A DNA stretch of 64,000 bases, taken from Parcubacteria bacterium RAAC4_OD1_1 (GTDB lineage: Bacteria > Patescibacteriota > Minisyncoccia > Phycocordibacterales > UBA9973). Location: contig AWSN01000001.1 of assembly GCA_000505065.1 (NCBI GenBank), forward strand, positions 626,577 through 690,576. Direction: 5' to 3'. The position numbers were made by a program, and so were the translations under genes. The notes under the pieces are model-generated. The model was not told the origin of the DNA, ran no database searches, and saw only the letters and a program-made list of their open reading frames with translations. Shown here piece after piece: positions 16,275 to 26,754 of this stretch; the first letter of the stretch is position 1; each line of letters begins with the position of its first letter.

Positions 16275-18044
16275 ATGCATATAGACGAAGAAACAATTAT
16301 AGATCTTATAAATAAATCTGGATTGGTTTCTAAGACTGACATTTCAAACACAATAAAGAAATCAAAAGAAACTCATAGATCAATTGGTGATATTTTAGTA
16401 AGTGATGGAAAGCTTACAGAAAAAGATTGGGCAAACATACAAGCTCTCGCATTGGGTATTCCTTTTGTGGATTTAAAAGGAGAAAAAATTGATCCAAACG
16501 TTCTTTCTCTTATACCAGAGCCTATTGCTAGGAATAGCAACATTATTGCTTATAAAAAATCAAACCAAGGTTTAGAGGTTGCAATGCTTGATGTAAATAA
16601 TTTACCTGTTATTGATTTTATAAAAAAGAAAGTTGGACTTCGAATACTTCCTAGGATGACGAACACAGATTCTATAAAAGAAGCCCTTACTTTATATAAA
16701 AAAAGTCTGCAAGCTGATTTTGAAGAAATAATTAAAAAAGAAACAGGATCAATAATAAAAACAACCAAAGATGTAAGTAATGATTCTAACGATGAAGATA
16801 AAACAGAAAAAGAGCTTAAAGAGCTTGCGGAAGATTTACCAATTGTTAAAATAGTTGATACTCTTATTTCTCATGCTATTTTACAGGGATCTTCGGATAT
16901 TCATATAGAACCAGGTGAAGGATCTTTGGTAGTTCGTTATCGTATCGATGGTATACTTCATGATGCTATGGTGCTCCCTAAGGATACTGCTTCTGGGATC
17001 GTTGCTAGAATAAAAGTTTTATCTAATTTAAAACTCGACGAAAAGCGTCTTCCTCAAGATGGAAGGTTTAAAATAATTAATGAACAAGGTAATGTTTCTT
17101 TTCGTGTTTCTACTCTCCCTACTTATTTTGGAGAAAAGACAGTAATAAGAATTCTTCGTGAGAATGCTAAGGGATTTTCATTAGAGGGGCTTGGTTTTCA
17201 CGGAGAAGCACTTGAGCGAATACATAGTGGTATGAAAAAAAGAAATGGAATGCTACTTGCTACGGGGCCAACAGGCTCAGGTAAAACAACTACACTATAT
17301 ACAATGTTAGATATTTTAAATACTCCAGATGTAAATATTTCTACAATTGAAGATCCTATTGAGTATCAAATGGCTCGCATAAATCAAACTCAGACAAAAT
17401 CAGAAATTGGTTTATCTTTTGCTAATGGTCTCCGTACTCTTCTTCGTCAAGATCCAGATATTATAATGGTGGGAGAGATTCGTGATGGAGAAACCGCATC
17501 GCTTGCTGTGAATGCATCCCTTACAGGACACTTGGTTTTGTCTACTATTCACACCAACTCAGCAGCTGGAGCTGTGCCTCGTATGATCGATATGGGAGTA
17601 GAGCCTTTTCTTATTGTTTCTACTGTTAAAACTGTTATTGGTCAACGTTTAGTTAGAAGACTTGAAGATAAATCAAAAGAAAAATATTTTTTAAGTGAAA
17701 CTGAAAAAAAGTCGTTAGATAAAATTGTTGATTTAGATAGGATCCTTAAATTTTTAAAAGATGAAAAAATTGTAAAAGATGATGCTGATTGGGACACAAT
17801 ACCTTTTTATAAGCCTAAACCAAGTGAAGAATCTAAAGATGGATATAAGGGTAGAGTAGGAATTCATGAGGTTTTTGAAATGAGTACTTCTATAAAAGAA
17901 ATGGTTTTAAAGGGCGCATCTGCAGATGAGATAGAAAAAAGAGCAAAAGAAGAGGGAATGATGACAATGCTTGAAGATGGGATTTTCTTAGCGGTTCAAG
18001 GTGTGACTTCAACTGAAGAAGTTTTGCGTGTTGTTTCAGAGTAA
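16275..18044 (+). CDS. pilB: type IV pilus / T2SS assembly ATPase (PilB/GspE family)
   Basis: Walker A GPTGSGKTTT, Asp box, His box and Walker B. Confidence 0.85.
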   Translation: MHIDEETIIDLINKSGLVSKTDISNTIKKSKETHRSIGDILVSDGKLTEKDWANIQALALGIPFVDLKGEKIDPNVLSLIPEPIARNSNIIAYKKSNQGLEVAMLDVNNLPVIDFIKKKVGLRILPRMTNTDSIKEALTLYKKSLQADFEEIIKKETGSIIKTTKDVSNDSNDEDKTEKELKELAEDLPIVKIVDTLISHAILQGSSDIHIEPGEGSLVVRYRIDGILHDAMVLPKDTASGIVARIKVLSNLKLDEKRLPQDGRFKIINEQGNVSFRVSTLPTYFGEKTVIRILRENAKGFSLEGLGFHGEALERIHSGMKKRNGMLLATGPTGSGKTTTLYTMLDILNTPDVNISTIEDPIEYQMARINQTQTKSEIGLSFANGLRTLLRQDPDIIMVGEIRDGETASLAVNASLTGHLVLSTIHTNSAAGAVPRMIDMGVEPFLIVSTVKTVIGQRLVRRLEDKSKEKYFLSETEKKSLDKIVDLDRILKFLKDEKIVKDDADWDTIPFYKPKPSEESKDGYKGRVGIHEVFEMSTSIKEMVLKGASADEIEKRAKEEGMMTMLEDGIFLAVQGVTSTEEVLRVVSE

Positions 18045-18055
18045 TAAAATTTTAA

Positions 18056-19264
18056 ATGAAGTTTAAATATAAAATACAAAATAAATCTGGAGAAATTGTA
18101 GAAGGGGTTAAAGAGTCTCCTGATAAATTTACATTATCTCGAGATTTAAGACTAGAAGGAGGGACACCTATCTCTATAGAAGAATATAAAGAAAGAAAAT
18201 TTTCATTTAAGATGGATTTATTTGGGCGAGTATCATTATCAGATAAAATAATGTTTACAAATAATTTAAGCGGGATGCTTTCAGCCGGGCTTCCTATCAG
18301 CCGAGCTCTTATAATTCTTGAAAAACAATCCACAAATCAAACATTTAAGAAAGTTTTAAATGAATTAATAGATAATATAAGTAAAGGTAACACTCTTTCA
18401 GATGGTATGAGGAAATTTCCAAAAGTATTCTCTGGGGTTTTTATTCCTATGGTACATTCAGGAGAGGAATCAGGTGGATTACCTAAAGTTTTATCTGAAA
18501 TAGGTCAAAATCTTAAAAAAAGCTATGATTTGAATAAAAAAATTAAAGGAGCCCTTACTTATCCAACTGTGATACTTTCAGCTATGATTTTGATCGGTAT
18601 ATTTATGATGGCCTATGTAGTACCGACTCTTACAAAAACATTTAAAGATATGGGGACAGATTTACCAGCTTCTACTAAATTTATTATTTGGTTATCAGAT
18701 TTTATAAGTAACAATGTTATTTTATTTCTTGTTGCTGTTGTCTTTGTTTTTGTTTCGGTTTATTTTTTATCAAAGTTAAAAATAACCAAAAAGTATTTTG
18801 ATTTTATTATTCTTAGGATTCCAGTTTTAGGTAAGATTGTTATAGAAGTTAACACTGCAAGAACAGCAAGAACTTTGTCGTCTCTTCTTCTTTCAGGTTT
18901 AAATATTTCAAAAGCATTAAGTATTACTGAAGAAGTTTTGCAAAATGTTTATTATAAAAAGATAGTTGCGGATTCAATCATTTCCATAGAGAAAGGTTTC
19001 CCAATTTCTAATTCTTTTAAGAGTAATACTTTTCTTTATCCTATTATGATGAGTGAGATGATAGAAGTAGGAGAGGAAACTGGTAATTTATCCAAAATGC
19101 TTACAGATGTAGCAAGCTTTTATGAAAATGAAGTTGATAATAAAACTAAAAATCTTTCGACCATAGTTGAGCCTGTGCTTATGCTTATTATTGGTGGAGC
19201 TGTAGGGTTCTTTGCAGTGTCGATGATTACTCCAATGTATTCTGTTATGAGTAAAATAAAATAA
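18056..19264 (+). CDS. pilC: type IV pilus platform protein (PilC/GspF family)
   Basis: Two GspF-like repeats with 3 TM helices; immediately downstream of pilB. Confidence 0.8.
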   Translation: MKFKYKIQNKSGEIVEGVKESPDKFTLSRDLRLEGGTPISIEEYKERKFSFKMDLFGRVSLSDKIMFTNNLSGMLSAGLPISRALIILEKQSTNQTFKKVLNELIDNISKGNTLSDGMRKFPKVFSGVFIPMVHSGEESGGLPKVLSEIGQNLKKSYDLNKKIKGALTYPTVILSAMILIGIFMMAYVVPTLTKTFKDMGTDLPASTKFIIWLSDFISNNVILFLVAVVFVFVSVYFLSKLKITKKYFDFIILRIPVLGKIVIEVNTARTARTLSSLLLSGLNISKALSITEEVLQNVYYKKIVADSIISIEKGFPISNSFKSNTFLYPIMMSEMIEVGEETGNLSKMLTDVASFYENEVDNKTKNLSTIVEPVLMLIIGGAVGFFAVSMITPMYSVMSKIK

Positions 19265-19265
19265 T

Positions 19266-19742
19266 ATGATTATTTTAAAAAATAAAGGAATAACTATTTT
19301 AGAAATTATTATTGTTATAAGTATTACAATACTTATTGCTTCTATCGTGACTTTAAATTTGTCGGATTTTAAAAGAGCCAGAACTCTTGAGAATGCTACA
19401 AGTGAAATAATTTCTCTTATTAATAAATCTAGAAACAATACAATATCATCATTAAATTCAAGTAATTATAGTATTCATTTTGATTCTGACAAGGTTGTTT
19501 TGTTTTTAGGTAGTACTTATGATCCTAATGCTATAACTAATGAAGTTATGGTTCTCGAGTCTTCTTTAGAAATTCCTATTTCTCTTGGAGTTTCTCTAAA
19601 TGGTGGTGGTTCTGATATCGTTTTTCAAAAGATTACTGGCGAGACAAATAATTATGGTACAATAAATATTAGATTAAAGACGGATATTAATACTTATAGA
19701 ACTATAAATATTAATCAGCTTGGTGTTGTAAGTGAAAATTAG
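19266..19742 (+). CDS. type IV prepilin-like protein (class III signal peptide)
   Basis: MIILKNKG|ITILEIIIV: G-1, E+5 and a hydrophobic helix. Confidence 0.7.
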   Translation: MIILKNKGITILEIIIVISITILIASIVTLNLSDFKRARTLENATSEIISLINKSRNNTISSLNSSNYSIHFDSDKVVLFLGSTYDPNAITNEVMVLESSLEIPISLGVSLNGGGSDIVFQKITGETNNYGTINIRLKTDINTYRTININQLGVVSEN

Positions 19743-20237
19743 ATGACAGATAAAATTTTAAAAAATAATAAAGGTTTAACCATCGTAGAAGTTCTTGTGG
19801 CCTGTCTTGTTATTTCAATTACCATTTTTTCTCTTATTTTTGCAGCAAGTAAGGGTATAGAACTTTCATATAATGCAATAGATCAGACTCAGTCAAGTTA
19901 TCTTTTAGAAGAGGGGATAGAAGCTATAAAACTAATAAGAGATGATGATTGGAATAATATAAATATTCTTATTTCTGATGAATCAACTAAATATTATTTA
20001 TTTTGGAATGGAGGAATAAATAAATGGGAGCTTAATACAACCCCATCTCTTATAAATGGTATTTTTACTAGAGAGGTTATTTTTGGTGATGTGTATAGAA
20101 ATGATGATGATGATATAGCTTCATCGGGGACATTAGATCAAGATATAAAAAAGGTGACAGTTAAAGTTTCTTTTAATTCACCAAGTGGTGTAAATGAAAA
20201 TGCAATTAGTTTCTATATTGCTAATATTTTTAATTAA
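19743..20237 (+). CDS. type IV prepilin-like protein
   Basis: KNNKG|LTIVEVLVA prepilin cleavage motif. Confidence 0.65.
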   Translation: MTDKILKNNKGLTIVEVLVACLVISITIFSLIFAASKGIELSYNAIDQTQSSYLLEEGIEAIKLIRDDDWNNINILISDESTKYYLFWNGGINKWELNTTPSLINGIFTREVIFGDVYRNDDDDIASSGTLDQDIKKVTVKVSFNSPSGVNENAISFYIANIFN

Positions 20238-20238
20238 A

Positions 20239-20724
20239 ATGATTATAAAAAATATAAAATTAGAAAATGGATATAGTATGATAGAGACAATTATCTATTT
20301 GGCAATTTTTACTTTTATTTCTATTTTTGTCATTAATTCTTTTATTATAATTATGTCTTCTTTTTGGGTGACACATTCAAATAGAAATATATTAGAATCA
20401 GGGATAACTTCACTCGAAAGAATAACTAGAGAGATAAGAGAGGCAGAAAGTGCAATAATAAATGAAAATGAAATCATTCTAACTAATGATGAAGATACTG
20501 TTTCTTTTGAATTAGAGGATGGACTTATAAATATGTATGAAAATAGTATATTGATTGGAAATCTTACTAATCCAAATATGATAGTTTCTGATCTTTCTTT
20601 TGCAAGTATTTCAACAACAGAAAGTCAAGGAGTAAAAATACAAATGACTATATCTAATAATAATACCAATAATCCAAGGTCTGAAATTTTTAATAATACA
20701 ATTATTTTAAGAGGTAGTTATTAA
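20239..20724 (+). CDS. type IV prepilin-like protein (start moved to internal Met)
   Basis: MIIKNIKLENG|YSMIETIIY. The track ORF starts at 20194 but overlaps the previous gene; the ATG at 20239 directly follows its stop. Confidence 0.55.
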   Translation: MIIKNIKLENGYSMIETIIYLAIFTFISIFVINSFIIIMSSFWVTHSNRNILESGITSLERITREIREAESAIINENEIILTNDEDTVSFELEDGLINMYENSILIGNLTNPNMIVSDLSFASISTTESQGVKIQMTISNNNTNNPRSEIFNNTIILRGSY

Positions 20725-20726
20725 TT

Positions 20727-22487
20727 ATGATGAAGATTTCAAGATTACAAAAGAATAAGGGTGCCGCGATGATGATTGTTGTTTTCTTTTTTGTAATTAT
20801 AAGTCTTACTATATTAGTCGGAGTTATTTTTCCTGTTGTAAGAGAATTCGGTATTGCTAAAGATAATATTGATTCCAAAAAAGCTTATTTTGCTTCTGAG
20901 TCTGGGCTTGAAGATGTGCTTTATAGAGTAAAGAATGGTATGCAAGTTGATAATATAGAAGATCTTGTAATAGATAGCACAACAGCTCAAACACAAATTA
21001 CCGATATTTCAGGAGGAAAGAAACAAATAACAAGTCTTGGAGATCAAGATTCACATCAAAGAAAAGTTGACATTATAGTTTCTACTGCTTCAGGAGTCTC
21101 TTTTAATTATGGGGTGCTTGTTGGGCAGGGTGGCATTTATCTTGATAGTGGAATTATTTATGGTAATGTTTATGCAAATGGACCAATTATAGCAAGTAGT
21201 TCTGGTTCAAATTTAATATCAGGTTCAGTAATTTCTGCAAATAGTCCAGGAGATATTTCTTCTGATCAATCAAATGGAGTAGGGGTGCCACCATACAATG
21301 TGACTTTTGCTAAAACTTCTTCTTATCAAGATGTAGCACAAAGTTTTCAGGTTTCTAATTCTAATGCTTTAAATAAGATTCAAATTTATGTAAAAAAAGT
21401 TGGAAGTCCAAGTAATGTTGTAATTAAAATAGTTAACGATTCAAATGGCAATCCAGGATCTACCACTCTTGCTTCGGGGACATTATCTTCTTCATCAGTC
21501 ACTACTTCTTATGGATGGATTAATGTATCTTTTGATAATAATCCGGTCTTAGAAATAGGGAAAACATATTGGCTGGTTGTCGATGCTTCATACTCAAATT
21601 CAAAATACTATGTAATCGGTGCAAATTCTAATGGTTATGGAAATGGTGTGGGGAAAATTGGACAATTTGGTTCTTCTTGGTCAAACACAACTCCATCAGG
21701 TCTTGATTATTATTTTAATATATTTTTAGGAGGAGCAACTGGCTTTATTTCCGGAGTTGATCAATATAATAGATTAAATTTAGGGACAGAACCTGGCTCT
21801 ATTGTTCATGCAAATACAGTTCAATATGTAAATACAACAGGAGCACTTTATTGTAAAATAGATATAAGTAACAATAAAGAATGTTTACCTAGGACAGATC
21901 CAGTTTATATAGAATATCCAATATCCGAAGCAAATATTTTAGAGTGGGAAAATGGAGCAGAAACAGGTGGTATTTATAATGGAGATTATAATGTTGGATG
22001 GGCTGGGGCTACACTTGGACCAAAAAAAATAAATGGTAGCTTATCTGTATCTGGTGGTGGAGTACTTAATATAACTGGTAATTTATGGGTGACAGGAAAT
22101 CTAAACTTAAATGGTGGTGGTACGATAAAGCTTGATTCAAGTTATGGAGAAAATGATGCTGTGGTGGTTGTAGATGGTACTATAAGTGTATCTGGTGGTG
22201 GAAATGCTACTGGGTCTGGAGTTGAGGGGAGTTATATTATGCTTTTAACTAAAAGTAACTCTATTTCAGCTGCAGATATTTCTGGAGGGGCTGGAGCAAT
22301 GATCCTTTATGCTCCAAATGGCACCTTAAAAATATCTGGGGGGACATCATTAAAAGAAGCGACAGCTTACAAGATGAATATTACAGGTAATTCTAGTATT
22401 ACTTATGAATCAGGGCTAACAAATAATAATTTTTCAAGTGGACCATCAGGTACTTGGAGTATAAATTCATGGGGAGAAATTGAATAA
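20727..22487 (+). CDS. large pilin-like protein (pseudopilin-type N-terminus, Gly/Ser/Asn-rich beta-rich body)
   Basis: KNKG|AAMMIVVFFFVII N-terminus without Glu5; 586 aa; last gene of the pilus block. Confidence 0.45.
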   Translation: MMKISRLQKNKGAAMMIVVFFFVIISLTILVGVIFPVVREFGIAKDNIDSKKAYFASESGLEDVLYRVKNGMQVDNIEDLVIDSTTAQTQITDISGGKKQITSLGDQDSHQRKVDIIVSTASGVSFNYGVLVGQGGIYLDSGIIYGNVYANGPIIASSSGSNLISGSVISANSPGDISSDQSNGVGVPPYNVTFAKTSSYQDVAQSFQVSNSNALNKIQIYVKKVGSPSNVVIKIVNDSNGNPGSTTLASGTLSSSSVTTSYGWINVSFDNNPVLEIGKTYWLVVDASYSNSKYYVIGANSNGYGNGVGKIGQFGSSWSNTTPSGLDYYFNIFLGGATGFISGVDQYNRLNLGTEPGSIVHANTVQYVNTTGALYCKIDISNNKECLPRTDPVYIEYPISEANILEWENGAETGGIYNGDYNVGWAGATLGPKKINGSLSVSGGGVLNITGNLWVTGNLNLNGGGTIKLDSSYGENDAVVVVDGTISVSGGGNATGSGVEGSYIMLLTKSNSISAADISGGAGAMILYAPNGTLKISGGTSLKEATAYKMNITGNSSITYESGLTNNNFSSGPSGTWSINSWGEIE

Positions 22488-22507
22488 TTGTGGTATAATA
22501 TAATGGT

Positions 22508-23263
22508 ATGAATAAAATTATAGTAGCTAACTGGAAAATGAATCCACAAAACAGTAAAAGTGCGGAGAAGATTTTTTTTGATATTTCTAAAAAGATTAAT
22601 AATAAAAAAAATGAAGTTGTTATTTGTCCACCTTATCCATTTTTATTTATTAAAAATAAATTAAAAGATAAAAAAATAAAACTGGGAAGCCAAGATGTTT
22701 TTTTTGAAAAAGAAGGATCTTTTACTGGAGAAGTTTCATCATCAATGCTTTCTGATTTTGGAGTTTCTTATACAATTTTAGGTCATTCAGAGAGAAGAGC
22801 TTTAGGGGAAGATAATACTTTGATAAATAAAAAAATAAAAGCATTATTAAAATCAAAAATTAAGCCAATTTTGTGTGTAGGCGAAACAGATAGAGACCAT
22901 AACGGTTTTTATCTGTCTTTGATTAAAAGTCAGATAGAAGAAGGTTTGAAAGATGTTACAAAAAATCAAATCAAAAATATTATTATTGCTTATGAACCAA
23001 TCTGGGCTATTGGTAAAGATGCTAATAGAGAAGCAACACCTCAAGAGTTTATAGAAATAAAAATATTTATAAAAAAGATTTTATCTATTCTTTATGGACC
23101 TAAGATTGTAGATAGTGTTTTTGTTTTGTATGGGGGATCCGTACATCCTTCCAATGCATCTTCTTTTGTAAAAGAAGGTGATGCCGATGGACTTTTAGTA
23201 GGTAGAGATAGTTTAAATCCTGATAAATTTTTAGACATTGTAAGTATTTTAAATAATATATGA
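22508..23263 (+). CDS. tpiA: triosephosphate isomerase
   Basis: IVANWKMN, ILGHSERR, AYEPIWAIG, YGGSV. Confidence 0.85.
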   Translation: MNKIIVANWKMNPQNSKSAEKIFFDISKKINNKKNEVVICPPYPFLFIKNKLKDKKIKLGSQDVFFEKEGSFTGEVSSSMLSDFGVSYTILGHSERRALGEDNTLINKKIKALLKSKIKPILCVGETDRDHNGFYLSLIKSQIEEGLKDVTKNQIKNIIIAYEPIWAIGKDANREATPQEFIEIKIFIKKILSILYGPKIVDSVFVLYGGSVHPSNASSFVKEGDADGLLVGRDSLNPDKFLDIVSILNNI

Positions 23264-24381
23264 AAAATATAAAAGAAATTAAAAATATAAAAGGTAAAAA
23301 GATTTTAATTCGAGTAGATTTTAATGTTCCACTCAAAGGAGATGCTATTGTTGATGATTTTCGTATTAAGTCTGCTATCCCCACTATATCTTATCTTCAA
23401 AAGAATGGTGGCAAATTAATCCTTTTATCTCATATAGGAGAAGATGGAGAGAAAAGTCTTTTTCCTGTTTTTAAATATTTAAAGAAAAAATTAAAAGATA
23501 TTTATTTTGCTGGTGAAAAAATGCTTTCTGATGATACTTTGAAAATGATAGATAATATGAAAAATGGAGAAATAATACTTCTTGAGAATATAAGAAGAGA
23601 AAATGGAGAAAAAGAAAATTCTGTTTCTTTTGCAAGAGGTCTTTCTAGGTATGGCGATATTTATGTAAATGATGCATTTTCTGTGTCACATAGATCCCAT
23701 GCTTCTGTTGTAGGTATTCCTAAATTCTTAGATAGTTATGCAGGATTACAATTAGAAAGTGAAGTTAAAAATTTATCTAAAGCTTTTGAGCCTCCACAAC
23801 CTTTTCTTTTTATTTTGGGTGGTGCTAAATTTGAAACAAAAATACCTTTAATTAATAAATTTATAAAAAAAGCCGACACACTTTTTGTGGGAGGTGCGAT
23901 TGCTAATGATTTTATAAAAATGAAAGGTTTTGAAGTAGGGGAGTCAGTTGTTTCTCCTGATATTTCAGTTGTTAAAAAGTTTTTAAGGAACCCTAATCTT
24001 GTGGTCCCAACTGATGTGATCTTGTGGGATGGTAATAAATCTAGAAATGCCAAAATAGACGAAGTTAAAAAGAATGAGATTATTTTTGATATAGGGTTAG
24101 AATCATTATCTAAATTAAAAGAATTGATTTCCAAATCAAAATTTGTTTTATGGAATGGACCTCTTGGTAAATATGAAAATAATTTTGGTGGAGGAACAGA
24201 AGAAATACTTAAATTTATAGCTAAAAGTAAAACTACTAGTATTATAGGTGGAGGTGATACTGCTTCACTTGTAAATAAACTTAAATTGCAGGATAAATTT
24301 ACTTTTGTTTCAACTGGTGGTGGGTCTACTCTTGATTTTCTTGCAAATGGTACTCTTCCAGGAATAAAAGCTTTAAAATAA
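23260..24381 (+). CDS. pgk: phosphoglycerate kinase
   Basis: KKILIRVDFNVP and the C-terminal GGGD/STGGG blocks; ATGA overlap with the tpiA stop. Confidence 0.85.
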   Translation: MKNIKEIKNIKGKKILIRVDFNVPLKGDAIVDDFRIKSAIPTISYLQKNGGKLILLSHIGEDGEKSLFPVFKYLKKKLKDIYFAGEKMLSDDTLKMIDNMKNGEIILLENIRRENGEKENSVSFARGLSRYGDIYVNDAFSVSHRSHASVVGIPKFLDSYAGLQLESEVKNLSKAFEPPQPFLFILGGAKFETKIPLINKFIKKADTLFVGGAIANDFIKMKGFEVGESVVSPDISVVKKFLRNPNLVVPTDVILWDGNKSRNAKIDEVKKNEIIFDIGLESLSKLKELISKSKFVLWNGPLGKYENNFGGGTEEILKFIAKSKTTSIIGGGDTASLVNKLKLQDKFTFVSTGGGSTLDFLANGTLPGIKALK

Positions 24382-24390
24382 TAAATAATT

Positions 24391-24420
24391 ACACCCCGAC
24401 CGAAGGTCGGGGCGTAGTGT
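24391..24420 (+). terminator. GC-rich hairpin after pgk
   Basis: ACAC-CCCGACC-gaag-GGTCGGGG-c-GTAGTGT. No clean U-tract. Confidence 0.35.
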
Positions 24421-24455
24421 TCTTAAGGTAACTCTTTTATGATACAATCACTATT

Positions 24456-26135
24456 ATGCCAAATCATGATGAATTACTAGAAATACTTTTAAATAATAGA
24501 GGAATAAAAAGGGAAGATTGGGATAGTTTTTTAAATCCCTCTTATGATCTGCATCTATATGATCCATATTTACTCAAAGATATGGAGCTTGCTGTACTTA
24601 GAATTTATGAAGCAGTAGAAGCAAAAGAAAAAATTGTTATATATAGTGATTATGATGCAGATGGGATACCATCTGCTGTTATTATGAGTGATTTTTTTAA
24701 AAAAATTGGATTTGATAATTTTGTTGTTTATATTCCAGACAGACACGATGAAGGTTATGGACTTCATATGGAAGCTATAAAAGAATTTATAAAAAACGGA
24801 GTTAGTCTTCTTATTACTTTTGATCTTGGCATAACAGCTATAGATGAAGTAGTAGAAGCAAAAGCAAATGATATTGATATTATTATAGTTGACCATCATT
24901 TACCAATTAAAGATAACGAAGGTAAGGATGTTTTACCAAAAGCTTATGCGGTTGTTGATCCTAAACGTACAGATTGTAATTATAAAGATGAAATGCTTTG
25001 TGGTGCAGGGCTTGCTTACAAGCTTATTCAAGCTCTTGTTTTTAAATATGGAGAATATTGGAAAATAAATAAAGGTTGGGAAAAATGGTTGCTTGATATG
25101 GCAGGAATTGCTACTTTGGCAGATCAAGTTCCTCTTCTTAATGAAAATAGAATCATTGCTTATTATGGGTTAAAAGTTCTAAGAAAAAGTAAAAGACCAG
25201 GATTGTTTGAACTTTTTAAAAAAAATGGAATAGAAATGAAAAATATCGCTGAAGAAGATATTACTTTTACTTTGGCTCCTCGTATTAATGTAGCTTCTCG
25301 GATGGATAATCCAATGCTCGCTTTTAATCTTTTATCTGAAAATGATTCTTCCAGAGCAAAAAATATCGTTGATATTCTTGAAAAAATAAATAATGAAAGG
25401 AAAATTTCTGTTGCAAGTATTATGAAAGAAGTAAAACATAAAATTACTAAAAAATATAAAGATGAGGATTTAGACAATGTTTCTTTTTTCGTTTTAGGAG
25501 ATCCTAAATGGCATATTGGAGTTTTGGGTATTGTAGCTTCTAAAATTGTGGATGAATATAAGAAATCTGTTTTTGTCTGGGGTGGAAATGATGGAGAAAT
25601 AAGAGGTTCTTGTAGAGGGTATGGAGATGTAAATCTTGTAAAAATTATGTCTTTATTACCAGAAGGTTCTCTGCTTAATTTTGGAGGGCATAAAAGTGCT
25701 GGAGGATTTTCTGTTAATCGCGAGGAGATTCATTTTTTAGAAGAAAGATTAGGAAATGTTTTTACTCTAGAGACTGACCAAAAAATAAATGAAAGATTAA
25801 TTGATGCAGAGATAAGTATTGATGATGTTAATTTAGATAATTATAAAGTTATAGAAAAGCTAGCTCCTTATGGAGAGGGGAACCCAAAGCCAGTTTTTAA
25901 GCTTAAAAATTTGGTAGTTGATTATATTAAAGAGTTTGGTAAAGAAAAAAATCATTTGGAATTAGGATTTAAGAATAGTAAAGGAAAAATAATCAAAGCA
26001 ATTTCATTTTTTAAAACACGGAATGATTTTAATAATTTAAAAGAAGGTGAAAATATAGATATGATATCTACTTTTGAAAAGAGTAATTTTTTAGGTAGAG
26101 AAGAATTAAGATTAAGAATAGTAGACATTTTGTAA
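24456..26135 (+). CDS. recJ: single-stranded-DNA-specific exonuclease RecJ (DHH/DHHA1)
   Basis: DHH motifs SDYDADGI, VDHH, and DHHA1 GGH..AGG. Confidence 0.8.
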   Translation: MPNHDELLEILLNNRGIKREDWDSFLNPSYDLHLYDPYLLKDMELAVLRIYEAVEAKEKIVIYSDYDADGIPSAVIMSDFFKKIGFDNFVVYIPDRHDEGYGLHMEAIKEFIKNGVSLLITFDLGITAIDEVVEAKANDIDIIIVDHHLPIKDNEGKDVLPKAYAVVDPKRTDCNYKDEMLCGAGLAYKLIQALVFKYGEYWKINKGWEKWLLDMAGIATLADQVPLLNENRIIAYYGLKVLRKSKRPGLFELFKKNGIEMKNIAEEDITFTLAPRINVASRMDNPMLAFNLLSENDSSRAKNIVDILEKINNERKISVASIMKEVKHKITKKYKDEDLDNVSFFVLGDPKWHIGVLGIVASKIVDEYKKSVFVWGGNDGEIRGSCRGYGDVNLVKIMSLLPEGSLLNFGGHKSAGGFSVNREEIHFLEERLGNVFTLETDQKINERLIDAEISIDDVNLDNYKVIEKLAPYGEGNPKPVFKLKNLVVDYIKEFGKEKNHLELGFKNSKGKIIKAISFFKTRNDFNNLKEGENIDMISTFEKSNFLGREELRLRIVDIL

Positions 26136-26185
26136 TTATAGTTTATATATTTGATTTATATATATTGGTGTGAAATAATAAAAAT

Positions 26186-26644
26186 ATGGAAAATAATTTA
26201 GAAATTTATACAGACGGTTCATCACTTGGGAACCCAGGCCCTGGAGGCTTTGGGGTCGTCGTTGTATCTCAAAATAAAATAATTAAAGAGCTTGGTGGGG
26301 GAGATAAACATACTACTAATAATAAAATGGAATTACAAGGTGCTATACAAGCTTTAAAATATTTAATAGAAAATAATTTTAATAAATGTGATATTTATGC
26401 GGACTCCTCATATGTTTTGAATGGGGTAACTTCTTGGATTTATGGTTGGGAGAAAAATGGTTGGAGGACTGCAAACAAAAAACCTGTTTTAAATCAAGAA
26501 TTATGGATGGAGTTAGTTGCCCTAGATCGAGAACTTAAAGGTAAAGTTTCTTGGAAAAAAGTAAAAGGCCACTCAGGGCATACTTACAATGACAAGGCAG
26601 ACGAAATCGCAACTTTTAATGCTGCTAAAATTAAATTAAATTAA
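26186..26644 (+). CDS. rnhA: ribonuclease HI
   Basis: IYTDGSSLGNPGPGGFG...ELQG...YADSSYV...W..NGW: RNase H catalytic DEDD pattern. Confidence 0.85.
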   Translation: MENNLEIYTDGSSLGNPGPGGFGVVVVSQNKIIKELGGGDKHTTNNKMELQGAIQALKYLIENNFNKCDIYADSSYVLNGVTSWIYGWEKNGWRTANKKPVLNQELWMELVALDRELKGKVSWKKVKGHSGHTYNDKADEIATFNAAKIKLN

Positions 26645-26736
26645 ATAGCTTCTTTCAAAATGCACACATAATTTTCTACTGAAAATTTGCTCTGCTCGGC
26701 CCGTCGGCCTGCGCAAGGCATTTTTCAAGAACTATT
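26643..26736 (+). ncRNA. candidate small structured RNA, copy 1 of a two-member paralogous element
   Basis: About 95 nt, roughly 90% identical to the reverse complement of 49482-49578. Two hairpins (AATTTTC-tact-GAAAATT; GGCC-cgtc-GGCC) carry compensatory changes in the other copy. Ends with GCC-tgcgcaa-GGC-ATTTTT. Confidence 0.4.
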
Positions 26737-26754
26737 TAATTTAATTTTTTAAAA

